Shown here in pieces: positions 1-10,783 of a stretch of DNA of 64,000 nucleotides (the stretch's first letter is position 1; every line of letters starts with the position of its first letter). This DNA comes from Prevotellaceae bacterium. GTDB lineage: Bacteria > Bacteroidota > Bacteroidia > Bacteroidales > Bacteroidaceae. Where the stretch lies: positions 5,617 to 69,616 of the forward strand of contig JAQYEW010000064.1 of assembly GCA_028723455.1 (NCBI GenBank), given 5' to 3'. The position numbers were made by a program, and so were the translations under genes. The notes beneath the pieces are model-generated. The model was not told the DNA's origin. It worked only from the letters and a program-made list of their open reading frames with translations, and ran no database searches.

Positions 1-2308
1 AGCTCCGACCTGGCAAGGGACGATTAAACTCTGACAACACTTTTGTGTTTGTCAGGTTTTTTACTTTCCCTGAAACGAACAATCTCTGATTCATAAAACT
101 GTGTTCAAAACCGATGTCCAGCGTTGTACTTCTGGGTATTCTGCGTTTGGCATTCTCCGTTATCTCGAAATCATACAGATACTCTTCCACAAAAGCCATA
201 TCAGCAAAGAGCCTGGTGTTTTGACCTTTACCTCCGAACAGGTTCTCTTTGTGATACTCCAATCCCGCATTAGCCATGAAATAAGGGATATTAGGCATAC
301 GTTTACCTTTGGTCGCGTTGGGAAGATAGGTGCCTTCTTCATATCTTCTCACATCACGCAAATCTTGGTAAGTTACATTACCGTAGGAATAAAGGAAGGG
401 AAATACATCGGCCTTTATCTCTAACTCCGCACCCAGTGTCCTCATCTCTCCGAAATTCTGGTATTGCGCACCAAGAATCCCTTTGACGTAGCGAATCATG
501 TCTTGTAGATACATGTAGTATCCGCTCAGTTCAATTTGTAGGTTGCTCGGATGTTTTCCTGTTAGGTCGTAAAGCACTCCCGCATTCACGCTTAGATTAC
601 GTTCTGGCAACAACTTCTCGGACGGAGATATCGTATAACCGTCTCCAAGCAACTCGTTTTCCGCAGGAATGCGCACATCGTAACCTCCCGACAGTTTTGC
701 CATAAAAACGGGGGTGAGTCGATAACGCATGGCATCACTGAAACCGACACTGCTTTTCTTCAACGCGACATCCTCGACAGGCGTACTCGTATAGATATTT
801 TGATAGGAAGTTTTCATTGAGTAGAAATACATGCGCGTTGTCAGCGTGTTGAGAAATCGGTCGTCTGTCGTGCGGAAATCATAAGTCAATCCTCCCACCC
901 AGCTTCTCATGTGAGAATCAAAATCGGTTTTCTTGCCGATACTTTTCTCCTTCGTCGGATCAGAAGGATAGCCATTAGCAAGCGTGAAGGCAGAACTGAA
1001 ACTAACGGAATGGTTCTTGCCTAACAGGTACTCCAAGTTCAATTTGTTAATCAAGGTTGTTTTCTTATTGCTTGATTTCGAAGCGAAACGAGTGCCCAAT
1101 TCTCCTCCAACTGGCGATGGTGTGGGATAAAAGTTTCCCTCCCAGTCATACCATATTTTAGCCGTATCAACCAGCCCGTATTGTGTCTGTGCAATCGCGG
1201 TGCTCATATCAAAGTCCAGACCTTCAATCAGGAAGTTGTCTTTCTCCAACTTATTGGCAAGTACATAAACGCGCGACTTGGTATGTGCTCCCCTGATGTC
1301 CGTCTCAATGCCTTGTATTTCCTTATAGGTGTCAATGAACACAGGCTCAAGCTCAACCTCGTCGAACCACCATTTTTTTGCCTTAAGGCTTCCGCCGACA
1401 ATCAATTTCTTAAAGTTGTCATGCTTGCGTTTAATCCTCAGTCCCTTGACGTAGGGCGAGTCCATCGTATAGTTGTTGTCCGCATACGTGTAGCTTCCGC
1501 CGATACCCAGCACCAGACCGGCATCTTTCATGTTTCTTTTACATACAGTCTGTGCCTTATTCACATTGAACGACTCATGCGTATAACTTACATCGGCATA
1601 ATGATCGGGGTAATCCTTTATCACGAGATTTACGGCTCCTCCCATAGACGACCCCCCAAATTTGGCCGGTACCACACCTTTGTATATCTCTATTCTGTCA
1701 ATCATGTCTATAGGTATGTCATTGATGTCCAAGAAATCCGATTGGTCGTTCAAGGATGTCTCATCAAGGAAAAATCCAATTCGCTTTCCTTCCAAGCCAC
1801 GCACAGACAACCGCGATGTGCTACCTACTCCTCCGGAGGCACGGATAGTTACACCGACAGTCTTCGCCAGTATTTCCTGTACGTCACTCACCGTACCCTG
1901 TAATTGGCTCATACTGATTACGGATACAGGCATGGCTTGCTCCCGAATCTTGCGGGCCTCACTCTTGCCCATAACGATCACTTCCTCAAGCGATTGGGAT
2001 TGTGCTTTCATGCGGATGATCGTTTTTTCTCTCTTCCCTTTACCTGCTTTAACCTTGCAAGGCTGCGTTTCGTAACCCATCAGCCTCACGGTAAGCGTAT
2101 AGTTGGCTGTTGGAAGGTCAGGAAAAGCGAACTCACCGCGCTCATTTGTGACAATGCCCTTTTTCAGTTCCTCAACAAAGACGGTAGCACCGACAAGAGG
2201 CTCTTCGTCAGAATAGTCGATGACCACGCCTACAATCCCTCCGCCCCCTGTTTGAGCGGATATATTCATGCTTACGAGTATCAATAGATAGAGTATTCTC
2301 TGTTTCAT
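1..2308 (-). CDS. TonB-dependent receptor with an N-terminal carboxypeptidase-regulatory-like domain. The 3' end runs off the window, so only the extreme C-terminus is missing.
   Basis: I translated the minus strand from the ATG at 2306-2308: MKQRILYLLILVSMNISAQTGGGGIVGVVIDYSDEEPLVGATVFVEELKKGIVTNERGEFAFPDLPTAN... The frame stays open to position 2, and the last residues are ...NLTNTKVLSEFNRPLPGRS. The ORF track omits it because there is no stop in the window. Plus-strand ORFs 1181-2287 are antisense shadows. Confidence 0.85.
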   Translation of the reverse strand, partial: MKQRILYLLILVSMNISAQTGGGGIVGVVIDYSDEEPLVGATVFVEELKKGIVTNERGEFAFPDLPTANYTLTVRLMGYETQPCKVKAGKGKREKTIIRMKAQSQSLEEVIVMGKSEARKIREQAMPVSVISMSQLQGTVSDVQEILAKTVGVTIRASGGVGSTSRLSVRGLEGKRIGFFLDETSLNDQSDFLDINDIPIDMIDRIEIYKGVVPAKFGGSSMGGAVNLVIKDYPDHYADVSYTHESFNVNKAQTVCKRNMKDAGLVLGIGGSYTYADNNYTMDSPYVKGLRIKRKHDNFKKLIVGGSLKAKKWWFDEVELEPVFIDTYKEIQGIETDIRGAHTKSRVYVLANKLEKDNFLIEGLDFDMSTAIAQTQYGLVDTAKIWYDWEGNFYPTPSPVGGELGTRFASKSSNKKTTLINKLNLEYLLGKNHSVSFSSAFTLANGYPSDPTKEKSIGKKTDFDSHMRSWVGGLTYDFRTTDDRFLNTLTTRMYFYSMKTSYQNIYTSTPVEDVALKKSSVGFSDAMRYRLTPVFMAKLSGGYDVRIPAENELLGDGYTISPSEKLLPERNLSVNAGVLYDLTGKHPSNLQIELSGYYMYLQDMIRYVKGILGAQYQNFGEMRTLGAELEIKADVFPFLYSYGNVTYQDLRDVRRYEEGTYLPNATKGKRMPNIPYFMANAGLEYHKENLFGGKGQNTRLFADMAFVEEYLYDFEITENAKRRIPRSTTLDIGFEHSFMNQRLFVSGKVKNLTNTKVLSEFNRPLPGRS

Positions 2309-2333
2309 GTTTCATTAGTTCTGTTTATCTTTC

Positions 2334-3593
2334 CTAAAAACTGTATTTTGCCTTTGCCCATATCTCCGAATTGTTTTTGTATGTGCCGAACACCCCTTCA
2401 TTGCCTCCGAACCAATCATATCCTGCAGAGAGTTGAATATGATCGTTCAGCGAATAAGAGGAGGTGAAACGGCTGAACCAGCCTTTGTGATTAAGATCGA
2501 AATATGTGAAGTTGGAAAGTTGCAATGTGCTTTCCAACATTTTTTTCGAGACATTGAGCGTGAAGAGTAATTGATGGCGCGGTTGTGTTATTTGGCTTTC
2601 GTGCCTCAGAATACTTTCCGAGGAGACCTGCGTCATTATTGTCCATTCATGGGGAGCATACCAATCCACGCCCGCAAGATAATTCACGGAGTTGAACCCT
2701 TTCTGTGCCATGTCCACGGTCTCGGGGGTGTAGCTGAAGTGCTTGCCCATGCAGAATGCAGCTTCGCCACGTAGCACAAACTGCCCCAACGGCTTGGAGA
2801 TGTCTCCACCGAAGAATCCCATGCGGTAATATTGTGGGGATACAACCAAATGGGTTCCTGAAGGCCGATAAGTAATCACGGGCATCTTGTTCCATGTGTG
2901 CAATGCGGCCAGGGAAAAATCCAATCCCGGTAAGGTGAAACAGAGTTTCCCTCCACATTCTATATTGGGAAAGCGGAGCTTGGGTCGGCTTCCTTCTGCG
3001 CTCCAAAGTAGAGGCAGAGCAGTGTTTTTGGGCAGCACGCTCCACGGATTATCGGTATCGGTAGGCAGTTTATAACCCTCGAAAGTAGGCACGGCAAGCA
3101 GTTCCAGTTTTATCTTCTCATTGAAGACAAAGAAGCGCAATGCGTTGACCGGCATACGGATGTCATCGTAGTCTTGTGCCAGGAACTCCGTCATATCCAT
3201 CGGAGAAACCAAGTCGGTGATGCGCACACCGTCTGCTACGCCCCAGATGACCAGCTGCCGCCCGAGACGAAAGCCCCAATGCTCCTCCCGATGGTCAAGG
3301 TACGCTTCCCGTAACTCAAAACCCGTACGCTCCTTTAACAAAGCATTGTGGGTGGCATTGAATGATACGAAGAGTGATGAGTTTCCAACGTTTTTCCCTA
3401 TCTCACCCCTTACCCGGGTGCGTGAGGACATAAAGTCGTTCGGTTTCCCAGACCGGACGGCATGATAGGTATCAACAAAGCCCTTGATATGCCACGACGA
3501 GCCTCCTCCCTCTTGTCCCCATGCGATGTGCATGGGCAGAAGCAGGAGAGAGAGCAGCAGGACTTCTACTGAAAGATAGCTTTTGTTCGTCAT
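2334..3593 (-). CDS. DUF1302-like outer-membrane beta-barrel protein
   Basis: ORF track, 419 aa. It has a signal-like N-terminus, the motif LREAYLDHREEHWGFRLGRQLVIWGVADGVRITDLVSPMD typical of DUF1302, and a C-terminal aromatic residue (..KAKYSF). Its start overlaps the stop of the upstream gene at 3593. Confidence 0.75.
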   Translation of the reverse strand: MTNKSYLSVEVLLLSLLLLPMHIAWGQEGGGSSWHIKGFVDTYHAVRSGKPNDFMSSRTRVRGEIGKNVGNSSLFVSFNATHNALLKERTGFELREAYLDHREEHWGFRLGRQLVIWGVADGVRITDLVSPMDMTEFLAQDYDDIRMPVNALRFFVFNEKIKLELLAVPTFEGYKLPTDTDNPWSVLPKNTALPLLWSAEGSRPKLRFPNIECGGKLCFTLPGLDFSLAALHTWNKMPVITYRPSGTHLVVSPQYYRMGFFGGDISKPLGQFVLRGEAAFCMGKHFSYTPETVDMAQKGFNSVNYLAGVDWYAPHEWTIMTQVSSESILRHESQITQPRHQLLFTLNVSKKMLESTLQLSNFTYFDLNHKGWFSRFTSSYSLNDHIQLSAGYDWFGGNEGVFGTYKNNSEIWAKAKYSF

Positions 3594-4375
3594 CAGAATC
3601 TGCCTTTCTCCAAAGTGGAAACACTGAATGTCGCCTCCTCCAGTGGAAGGTCATACTTGGGATTCTTTATCTCAAGAAGCGTCTGATGCTCCGTCTGTAC
3701 ATTGGTCATGTGCAGTTTGTGGGCAATCCAGAATCCTTCAACCTTGGCGATTTCCGATAATTCGAGGCAGCGGTGCAACTTGTTCATCTTGTCGTAGTAC
3801 TCCACCTTGACGGCAATCAAACAGTCTTGGCGTATGAACGCTATTTTCTTGGAATAAATCTCGCGTTTATCCTTGGGTACGGATTCCAATTTCCAGCACT
3901 TGTGTCCGTTGATGCTTTCCTCACCCAGTAACTTGTGCGTGTCCTCGTCTACATTTCGACTGCCCATATCATCATAGGTAAAGTCGCTGCCCATAAAGTA
4001 ATCCTGCTTGGCAGACGATCCGCTGATACGCCGGACTTTCTTCATCGCAGGCAGATAGAGCCATTTGTCATCGTCTTTGTTCGGTTCGTCGTAATCCCAC
4101 GTGAGGAAGCCCGTGCCTTTTACGTCGCCAGGGTATTGGAAGAACATGATGCTCTTGCGGTCTTTCTTCCCTTTTCCCACGTCGATGGAGTAGGAGATAA
4201 GCTTGCGCTCACGTACTGCACCGCGTTTGTTGATTAGTCTCATCACCAATTCCGATTGGCGGGTATCGCCATCGGGACGGTCCTTTACCCTTTGGGCAAT
4301 CTCTCTGCCCGTCTGCGCCATTGCTGTGGCTGTTAATGCGATAGCCATTGCTGTCATCAAGATTGTTTTCTTCAT
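3593..4375 (-). CDS. LolA-like outer membrane lipoprotein-sorting protein
   Basis: ORF 3593..4570 trimmed to the internal ATG at 4375, which gives [21 protein letters not shown] (signal peptide). The body ([57 protein letters not shown]) matches the LolA-like sorting-protein family. Confidence 0.8.
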   Translation of the reverse strand: MKKTILMTAMAIALTATAMAQTGREIAQRVKDRPDGDTRQSELVMRLINKRGAVRERKLISYSIDVGKGKKDRKSIMFFQYPGDVKGTGFLTWDYDEPNKDDDKWLYLPAMKKVRRISGSSAKQDYFMGSDFTYDDMGSRNVDEDTHKLLGEESINGHKCWKLESVPKDKREIYSKKIAFIRQDCLIAVKVEYYDKMNKLHRCLELSEIAKVEGFWIAHKLHMTNVQTEHQTLLEIKNPKYDLPLEEATFSVSTLEKGRF

Positions 4376-4431
4376 AGTCTTATCATTGTTTTTTTGATTA
4401 TTTTCTGTCATTACGGGAAAAGGCTGTAGAC

Positions 4432-5055
4432 TTAAAACTCCAGTTCCAGCCCGACCATCAGTTCCTCGGGTGCAAAGCGGAGCCCGAAACCTTTGGTTCC
4501 CATTTGGGGGTCTTCGCCCATAAAGTAATCGTTTCTGTAGCCGACAAAGCCCATGCGTAAACAGAGGCAAAGGCCCTCGGTGAGGTCGACGCAGGCTCCA
4601 GGACGAATTCCTACTTCAAATCCGTTGATATACTTCGAGACACCGCCTTCTTTCTCTTTTGAAAAATTGAAGCCTCCCCCGGCATCCAGGTAAAGATTGA
4701 AAGGGTTTCTATGGAAATAGTAGTAGCGGACAAAAGGCGAGATTTTGAAGCTGTTGCCTATGGTTTTCGTTTTTCCTGTCTCTCTTTGTTCATACTCATA
4801 ACCAAGGAGCATGCCTACTCCCCAACTGTCATTGAAAAGATAGCCGATTTCAGGGCAAAGGTCCAATGTCAGGGTTTTGTCTTTGTTGTCAGTCCAAAAA
4901 GACACAGCTCCTCCTGCGAAGAACCGTCCTTCATGGGCATGGTCTTTACCTGGTTCCGATTTGTGGTTTGGAAATACATTTTGAGCCAGTCCAATACCTG
5001 TTGTCATGCACGCCAGCAAGGCGGTAAACAGTGGTCTTACTATTGTTTTCTTCAT
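4432..5055 (-). CDS. Small outer-membrane beta-barrel (porin-family) protein
   Basis: ORF 4432..5196 trimmed to the ATG at 5055, which gives [25 protein letters not shown]. It shows an alternating beta-strand pattern and a terminal ..GLELEF. Confidence 0.7.
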   Translation of the reverse strand: MKKTIVRPLFTALLACMTTGIGLAQNVFPNHKSEPGKDHAHEGRFFAGGAVSFWTDNKDKTLTLDLCPEIGYLFNDSWGVGMLLGYEYEQRETGKTKTIGNSFKISPFVRYYYFHRNPFNLYLDAGGGFNFSKEKEGGVSKYINGFEVGIRPGACVDLTEGLCLCLRMGFVGYRNDYFMGEDPQMGTKGFGLRFAPEELMVGLELEF

Positions 5056-5066
5056 AAACGTGTTAT

Positions 5067-7418
5067 TTATTTGAGAGTTTCTTTTCCGAACAGCCGGAAT
5101 TTCTGGAACAGAATGGGGGTGATACAGAGATCGGCAAGCAGTGCCGATACGATACCTGCCACAGAGAGTATGCCCATGTGTATGAAGGAAATACATTCGG
5201 AGGTGGTATAGATGGCGAAGTTGGCGCAGATTACCACGCTTGTCAGTACGATGGGCGTTCCGATGGTGCGGAACGAGCGGAGGATAGCCTCCCGGTAATT
5301 GCCCCTGCGGTCGAATTCCAGATGCCCATGGTTGATGAAATGAATGGTGTCATCCACCGCCAATCCGAGAATCATTGGCATAATTGTGGCCGTCATCATA
5401 TCCAACGGATAGCCCAGCCATCCCATCAGACCGCCGACCACCACAGCAGGCGTAACATTGGGTATCAAACCGATAAGTCCGATGCGTACGCTGCCGAAGA
5501 CCAACATCATCAGGATACCGATGATAAGGAGGGAAATGACGAACGAAACCATCTGTCCGCGAGCCACGTACTGCATCATCACCGTGAATTGGGGAATGCT
5601 GCCTACGGTGGTAACGGAGGCTTGAGGAAAGAGCCTGGCAGCGTGAGCGACAAGGTCATTCAGTTCCCGTTCCGTCTCTCCGGAATCGTATGAATTCATT
5701 TCCACCATCAGGCGAAGTCGCCGGTAGTCGTAGTCGATCCAATACTCGGCCTCACTGCCTCCCGCATTCTCATAAAGCAGCAGCAACTGTGCCACCTCAT
5801 CGGGATTATGGGGGATTGTATAGTAGGATGCGTCGTCGTCATGCAGCGTCTGGTTCAGGTCTTTAAGGATGTTCAATACCGAAGTTGTGCGCTTGGTCAG
5901 TTTATAGCCGTCGGCCCGTTGCGCCAGGGAGTCCAGCCGCGCAAGCATCCCGGGAGCCTTTGCCAATCCGTCTTCGGGGAAGTCTATCATTACGTCATAG
6001 GTATAGACGGATCCAAGCTCGCTTTCCCCCACGCTTAAGAGGTTATTGACGTAGGCAATTCTCCGCCCCATGGTTCGCTCCACGTCAAAAGCGGTCTCGA
6101 TTTTGGTGAGCTGATAGATGAGTACTGCCGTGATTGCCCCGGCAATCCACAAGATCAGGGTGCCATGCCGAAGCACGCTTGTGCCCAGGCTCTCCAATTT
6201 CCGATCCAGCCACCGTCCTCCCGTTTCCTGCACTCTCGGATGTGGTTTCCCGTCTTTGCCGAAACTGAGGATTACGGGCATCAGTGTGATGGCGATGAAG
6301 AACGCCAGCATCACGCATGCGGAAGTGGCAATCCCGATAAAACGCATGGGCTGCATCGGTATGGCAAGGAAGGAAAGCAGGGCGGCAAAAGAGGTGAGCG
6401 CGCTGAACAGCACCGGCCATCCCATCTCCTTCACGGTTTCTACTACGGCCTGTTTCCTTTTCCCGTGGATGAGGAACTGGCGTTTGAAGAAGGAATATAC
6501 GTGTATGTTGTATGCGATGGAGACGGCAAAGGTCAGTAACATAGGAATCATCACCATACTGCTGTCTATCGTCATTCCGGCATAACCTAACATGCCGTAG
6601 ACAATGATGATGGAGCTTATGGCCGTAACTATCGGAACAACCACTCCCCTGAAGGAACGGGTCACCAATAGCAGAATAAGTACGGAGACCAGGGATGCGA
6701 TACCCATAACACGGGGCATTTCCTTTCCTATCCATCTCATTTTCATGGCCGTAACGTATGGAAGTCCCGTACCCTTGGGATGCAGCCTTCGGTATTTTTC
6801 TTTCGTGATGATGTGTTCCAGTTCGTTACCTGTCTGCATCTCTGGGGAAATGGCGTTCTTGCCTTTGTTCCACACAGAATCCTTGGGGAAAGGGCGCAGC
6901 TTGAGCAGTATCCACGAGAACCTTCCGTCCCTGGAGACCAGCCGCTCGGCAACATGACGTTTCAGGTAAGCCTTACGGCGTATCTCCTCCAACCCCGCGG
7001 GATTTGACGGGATGCTGTCCGGGACAATCTGTTCTATGGCGATGCCGTCTTCTTCGCCCATCATGAACTCGATGTCGGTGAGCGACGTTATTCTGTCGGC
7101 ATACGAAAGGCTGTCCGCCATCTCGTTCGTCAGTTCGCGTATGAGTTCCAGGTTCTCTTTCGTAAACGAGTTCTCGCACTGGGTCAGCACCGCGGCGAAG
7201 TTGTCATTGCCGAAGAAATTCTTGAATTCTTCGGTCTTGACAAGCATCGGGTCATCCTCCAGGAAATAGTCCTCCCACGAGGCGCTCAGCCTGAAGTGTC
7301 TTAGCCCCGAGAATCCCAGGGCAAAGACAAGAATAAACAAGCTTAGTACAATCCATCGTCTTTGTACCATCCGTCTGCCCCGAAGGGCAAACCAGTCGTT
7401 GATTTTTTCAATTTTCAT
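5067..7418 (-). CDS. MMPL/RND-superfamily transporter permease
   Basis: ORF 5067..7487 trimmed to the ATG at 7418 (MKIEKINDWFALRGRRMVQRRWIVLSLFILVFALGF). It contains two blocks of about six TM helices, each preceded by a large soluble loop, which is the classic MMPL/RND topology. Confidence 0.85.
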   Translation of the reverse strand: MKIEKINDWFALRGRRMVQRRWIVLSLFILVFALGFSGLRHFRLSASWEDYFLEDDPMLVKTEEFKNFFGNDNFAAVLTQCENSFTKENLELIRELTNEMADSLSYADRITSLTDIEFMMGEEDGIAIEQIVPDSIPSNPAGLEEIRRKAYLKRHVAERLVSRDGRFSWILLKLRPFPKDSVWNKGKNAISPEMQTGNELEHIITKEKYRRLHPKGTGLPYVTAMKMRWIGKEMPRVMGIASLVSVLILLLVTRSFRGVVVPIVTAISSIIIVYGMLGYAGMTIDSSMVMIPMLLTFAVSIAYNIHVYSFFKRQFLIHGKRKQAVVETVKEMGWPVLFSALTSFAALLSFLAIPMQPMRFIGIATSACVMLAFFIAITLMPVILSFGKDGKPHPRVQETGGRWLDRKLESLGTSVLRHGTLILWIAGAITAVLIYQLTKIETAFDVERTMGRRIAYVNNLLSVGESELGSVYTYDVMIDFPEDGLAKAPGMLARLDSLAQRADGYKLTKRTTSVLNILKDLNQTLHDDDASYYTIPHNPDEVAQLLLLYENAGGSEAEYWIDYDYRRLRLMVEMNSYDSGETERELNDLVAHAARLFPQASVTTVGSIPQFTVMMQYVARGQMVSFVISLLIIGILMMLVFGSVRIGLIGLIPNVTPAVVVGGLMGWLGYPLDMMTATIMPMILGLAVDDTIHFINHGHLEFDRRGNYREAILRSFRTIGTPIVLTSVVICANFAIYTTSECISFIHMGILSVAGIVSALLADLCITPILFQKFRLFGKETLK

Positions 7419-7477
7419 ATCGTTTGTTATTTGTAAAACATCCTTGGTAGCCAAAAGAGAACGAACATCCGTTTTGT

Positions 7478-7516
7478 TCAGAAACAAAGCGAGCCGCCCT
7501 GTGTAGAGCGGCTCGC
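7478..7516 (-). terminator. Intrinsic terminator between the tetR-like gene and the MMPL operon
   Basis: A 9-bp GC-rich stem gcgagccgc (7489-7497) pairs with gcggctcgc (7508-7516) around a 10-nt loop. On the minus strand it is followed by tttgtttctg. Confidence 0.6.
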
Positions 7517-7577
7517 TTGACGGAGCATATAGTATTGAAACGGAACGTCTCGTGCGTCTTATAGTTTAAGGCAGGTC

Positions 7578-8213
7578 TCATGGCTTTGTTCTTTTAGAGG
7601 GCACATGCATTAGCTTTTTCCAGCCGCCTGTACCAAAGTGGATATACTCGCTGACGAAACACGCCATCTCCTCTTCTGATAGTTCTTCGTGTAGTACGAC
7701 CTCCTTCATCATATTGACCCACCAGGAGCAGATGAAATGTATGAAGAAAGGGGATATACGGGTATGCAGGTCCGGGTGAAGCCCTTTCATCCGATGCAGA
7801 TAATCCATGCTGATTGCGGTGCTTTTCTCCGTCCACCGTTCCCAATAATTTTTGAACCGGGAATCCTGTGTATCAAGGAACAGTAGCTTGAGTTCCTTAC
7901 GATAAAGCATGATAACACCCATCACCTCCTGCATGTATTTGCGATGATACTCCTCCGAGGTGAAGATTTCAAGGGACAGATGTTCATCCCGGGAATAACC
8001 GTCCAGCATGCCGTCCATCGCCTCCAATAGCGGATGCAGGACAACGGCCAGCAGGTCGTCCTTGCAGGGGAAGTAGTTGTATATGTTGCTCAGCCCGACC
8101 CCCGACAGTCTGGAAATCTCGCGCATGGACACGGCCTTGAAACCTTTCCTGAGAAAAGCTTCCCGGGCAGTCTCCAGTAATAGTCTGCGTGTATGGTCCT
8201 TTGCCGTTTGCAT
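7578..8213 (-). CDS. TetR/AcrR family transcriptional regulator
   Basis: ORF track, 211 aa. The N-terminal HTH region is RRLLLETAREAFLRKGFKAVSMREISRLSGVGLSNIYNYFPCKDDLL. Confidence 0.9.
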   Translation of the reverse strand: MQTAKDHTRRLLLETAREAFLRKGFKAVSMREISRLSGVGLSNIYNYFPCKDDLLAVVLHPLLEAMDGMLDGYSRDEHLSLEIFTSEEYHRKYMQEVMGVIMLYRKELKLLFLDTQDSRFKNYWERWTEKSTAISMDYLHRMKGLHPDLHTRISPFFIHFICSWWVNMMKEVVLHEELSEEEMACFVSEYIHFGTGGWKKLMHVPSKRTKP

Positions 8214-8867
8214 GTGGATACTATTCTCTGTCTGTGCAACAAAGTTCGGCAGAAATTATTGAATCCACAATCCCTAAAAATAAGTATTTTTAAGACTTCG
8301 TTAACATAAATTGATTATTCACCTGGCTGACGGCGCGGATGTGGCAGGGCGCAAATACTCTGCTCATGATCGGCGGAACAAAACGGAAAACCATCGTGAA
8401 AAAACGCCTGGAACATCCTACGAGCCGTGTGCCCTACAAGGATGTCCGCCATCCGATCGGAGGGCGGGATGCCAATGTCAGGAGGCACATCCCTCTAATG
8501 TCCTGCTTCCTGTTAAAAACGAGTTATTTGTGCATTTTTCTCTTATTATTCTTGCTTTCTGTTGCTAAAATATTTAAGTTTATCGAAAACGAAGTATGAA
8601 GAACCATGAAAAAGGACTACGATTCTCATGTCCATACCCACCGTCGCGGCGATGGTGAAATTCCCCCGTTGGCAGGCGGATGACACGGATGCAATGCGGC
8701 GTGAACATTGTTTGCACGAAAGGCGGAACAGCCCGCAAGGCCGTTCGCCAATAACGTCCGCAGCCTTCCCAGAGGGAATGGCAGACGGACTTTCTGGATT
8801 AAATCCCAACGCCCTGGCCTCCTACAAGGCGTTGCCCTGCAAAGGGGTTCAACAGGGAGGCACAACC

Positions 8868-9338
8868 ATGATGAAAACAACATTACTCCGAAACATGCTG
8901 GTGGTGGCAGTCGCGCTGTTCACCGCCCTCTTCGCACTTCCGCAAAGGGCGCAGGGCGAAGACTTCGGTCTTAGGATTGCCGGCGTGCAGGTAACCTCTG
9001 TCAACTGCGGCGACCTCTCCGTCATCCCCGGCGTTACGGGTTTCGTGAAGTACGACCCCAGGAGCAGAACCCTCATCCTGGACAACGCCACCATCGCCGC
9101 AACGGACGACAATAGTGGCATTGACGCAAATATCGACGGCCTGACCGTCCGCGTGGACGGAACGTCGAAGATAACGGCGGAGAACGACGACGCCATTAAG
9201 TTCGCCAAGCCGGCTGTTATTCTGGGAGGCGGAACGCTCAATACCAAGACCGGCAGCACCCACGGCATCCTTGTGCACGAAACAAAACTCATCATCGAGG
9301 ACTGCATAGTGGACGGCAAGAAAGCGGTGAAGAAGTAA
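8868..9338 (+). CDS. Hypothetical secreted protein with short beta-helix-like repeats; possibly a truncated adhesin-like gene
   Basis: ORF 8628..9338 trimmed to the ATG at 8868, which gives MMKTTLLRNMLVVAVALFTALFALPQRAQG (signal peptide). It has repetitive segments rich in G, T, D and I, and no recognisable catalytic motif. Confidence 0.55.
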   Translation: MMKTTLLRNMLVVAVALFTALFALPQRAQGEDFGLRIAGVQVTSVNCGDLSVIPGVTGFVKYDPRSRTLILDNATIAATDDNSGIDANIDGLTVRVDGTSKITAENDDAIKFAKPAVILGGGTLNTKTGSTHGILVHETKLIIEDCIVDGKKAVKK

Positions 9339-9380
9339 GACCCAAGGTTTGCCGGCTGCTCCGGCCGGCATAACGTAATA

Positions 9381-9421
9381 GAAAAAGTGGGTGCGGTTCA
9401 CATCATCTGAACCGCACCCAC
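9381..9421 (-). terminator. Intrinsic terminator of eno, placed between convergent genes
   Basis: A perfect 14-bp stem gtgggtgcggttca (9387-9400) pairs with tgaaccgcacccac (9408-9421) around the loop catcatc. The T-tract is present only in the minus-strand reading (tttttc). Confidence 0.75.
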
Positions 9422-9439
9422 TAACACTTAGGGGGATGC

Positions 9440-10783
<1,344 letters not shown>

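Noticed and set aside
1181-2287. Three plus-strand ORFs (240, 137 and 127 aa) at the left edge, where the track shows no minus-strand gene.
   Set aside because: The minus strand here is one continuous open frame encoding a TonB-dependent receptor that runs off the window, which is why the track does not list it. The plus-strand ORFs are antisense shadows.
3593-4570. N-terminal extensions in the ORF track for several genes: 3593-4570, 4432-5196, 5067-7487, 8628-9338, 10784-11791, 23497-24123, 24042-25157, 25582-26421 and 58151-59881.
   Set aside because: The extensions overlap upstream genes or promoters and have non-protein-like composition. Each contains an internal ATG followed by a classic signal peptide or family N-terminus. 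I used the internal starts.
8787-8794. A GAAAGTCC word (minus strand), reminiscent of the RNase P RNA P4 signature GGAAAGUCCGG, inside the GC-rich noncoding region.
   Set aside because: The flanking sequence lacks the other universally conserved RNase P elements (ACAGAAnA..ACCGCC and the 3' P4 strand ACAnAACCCGGCUUA). It is an isolated 8-mer match.
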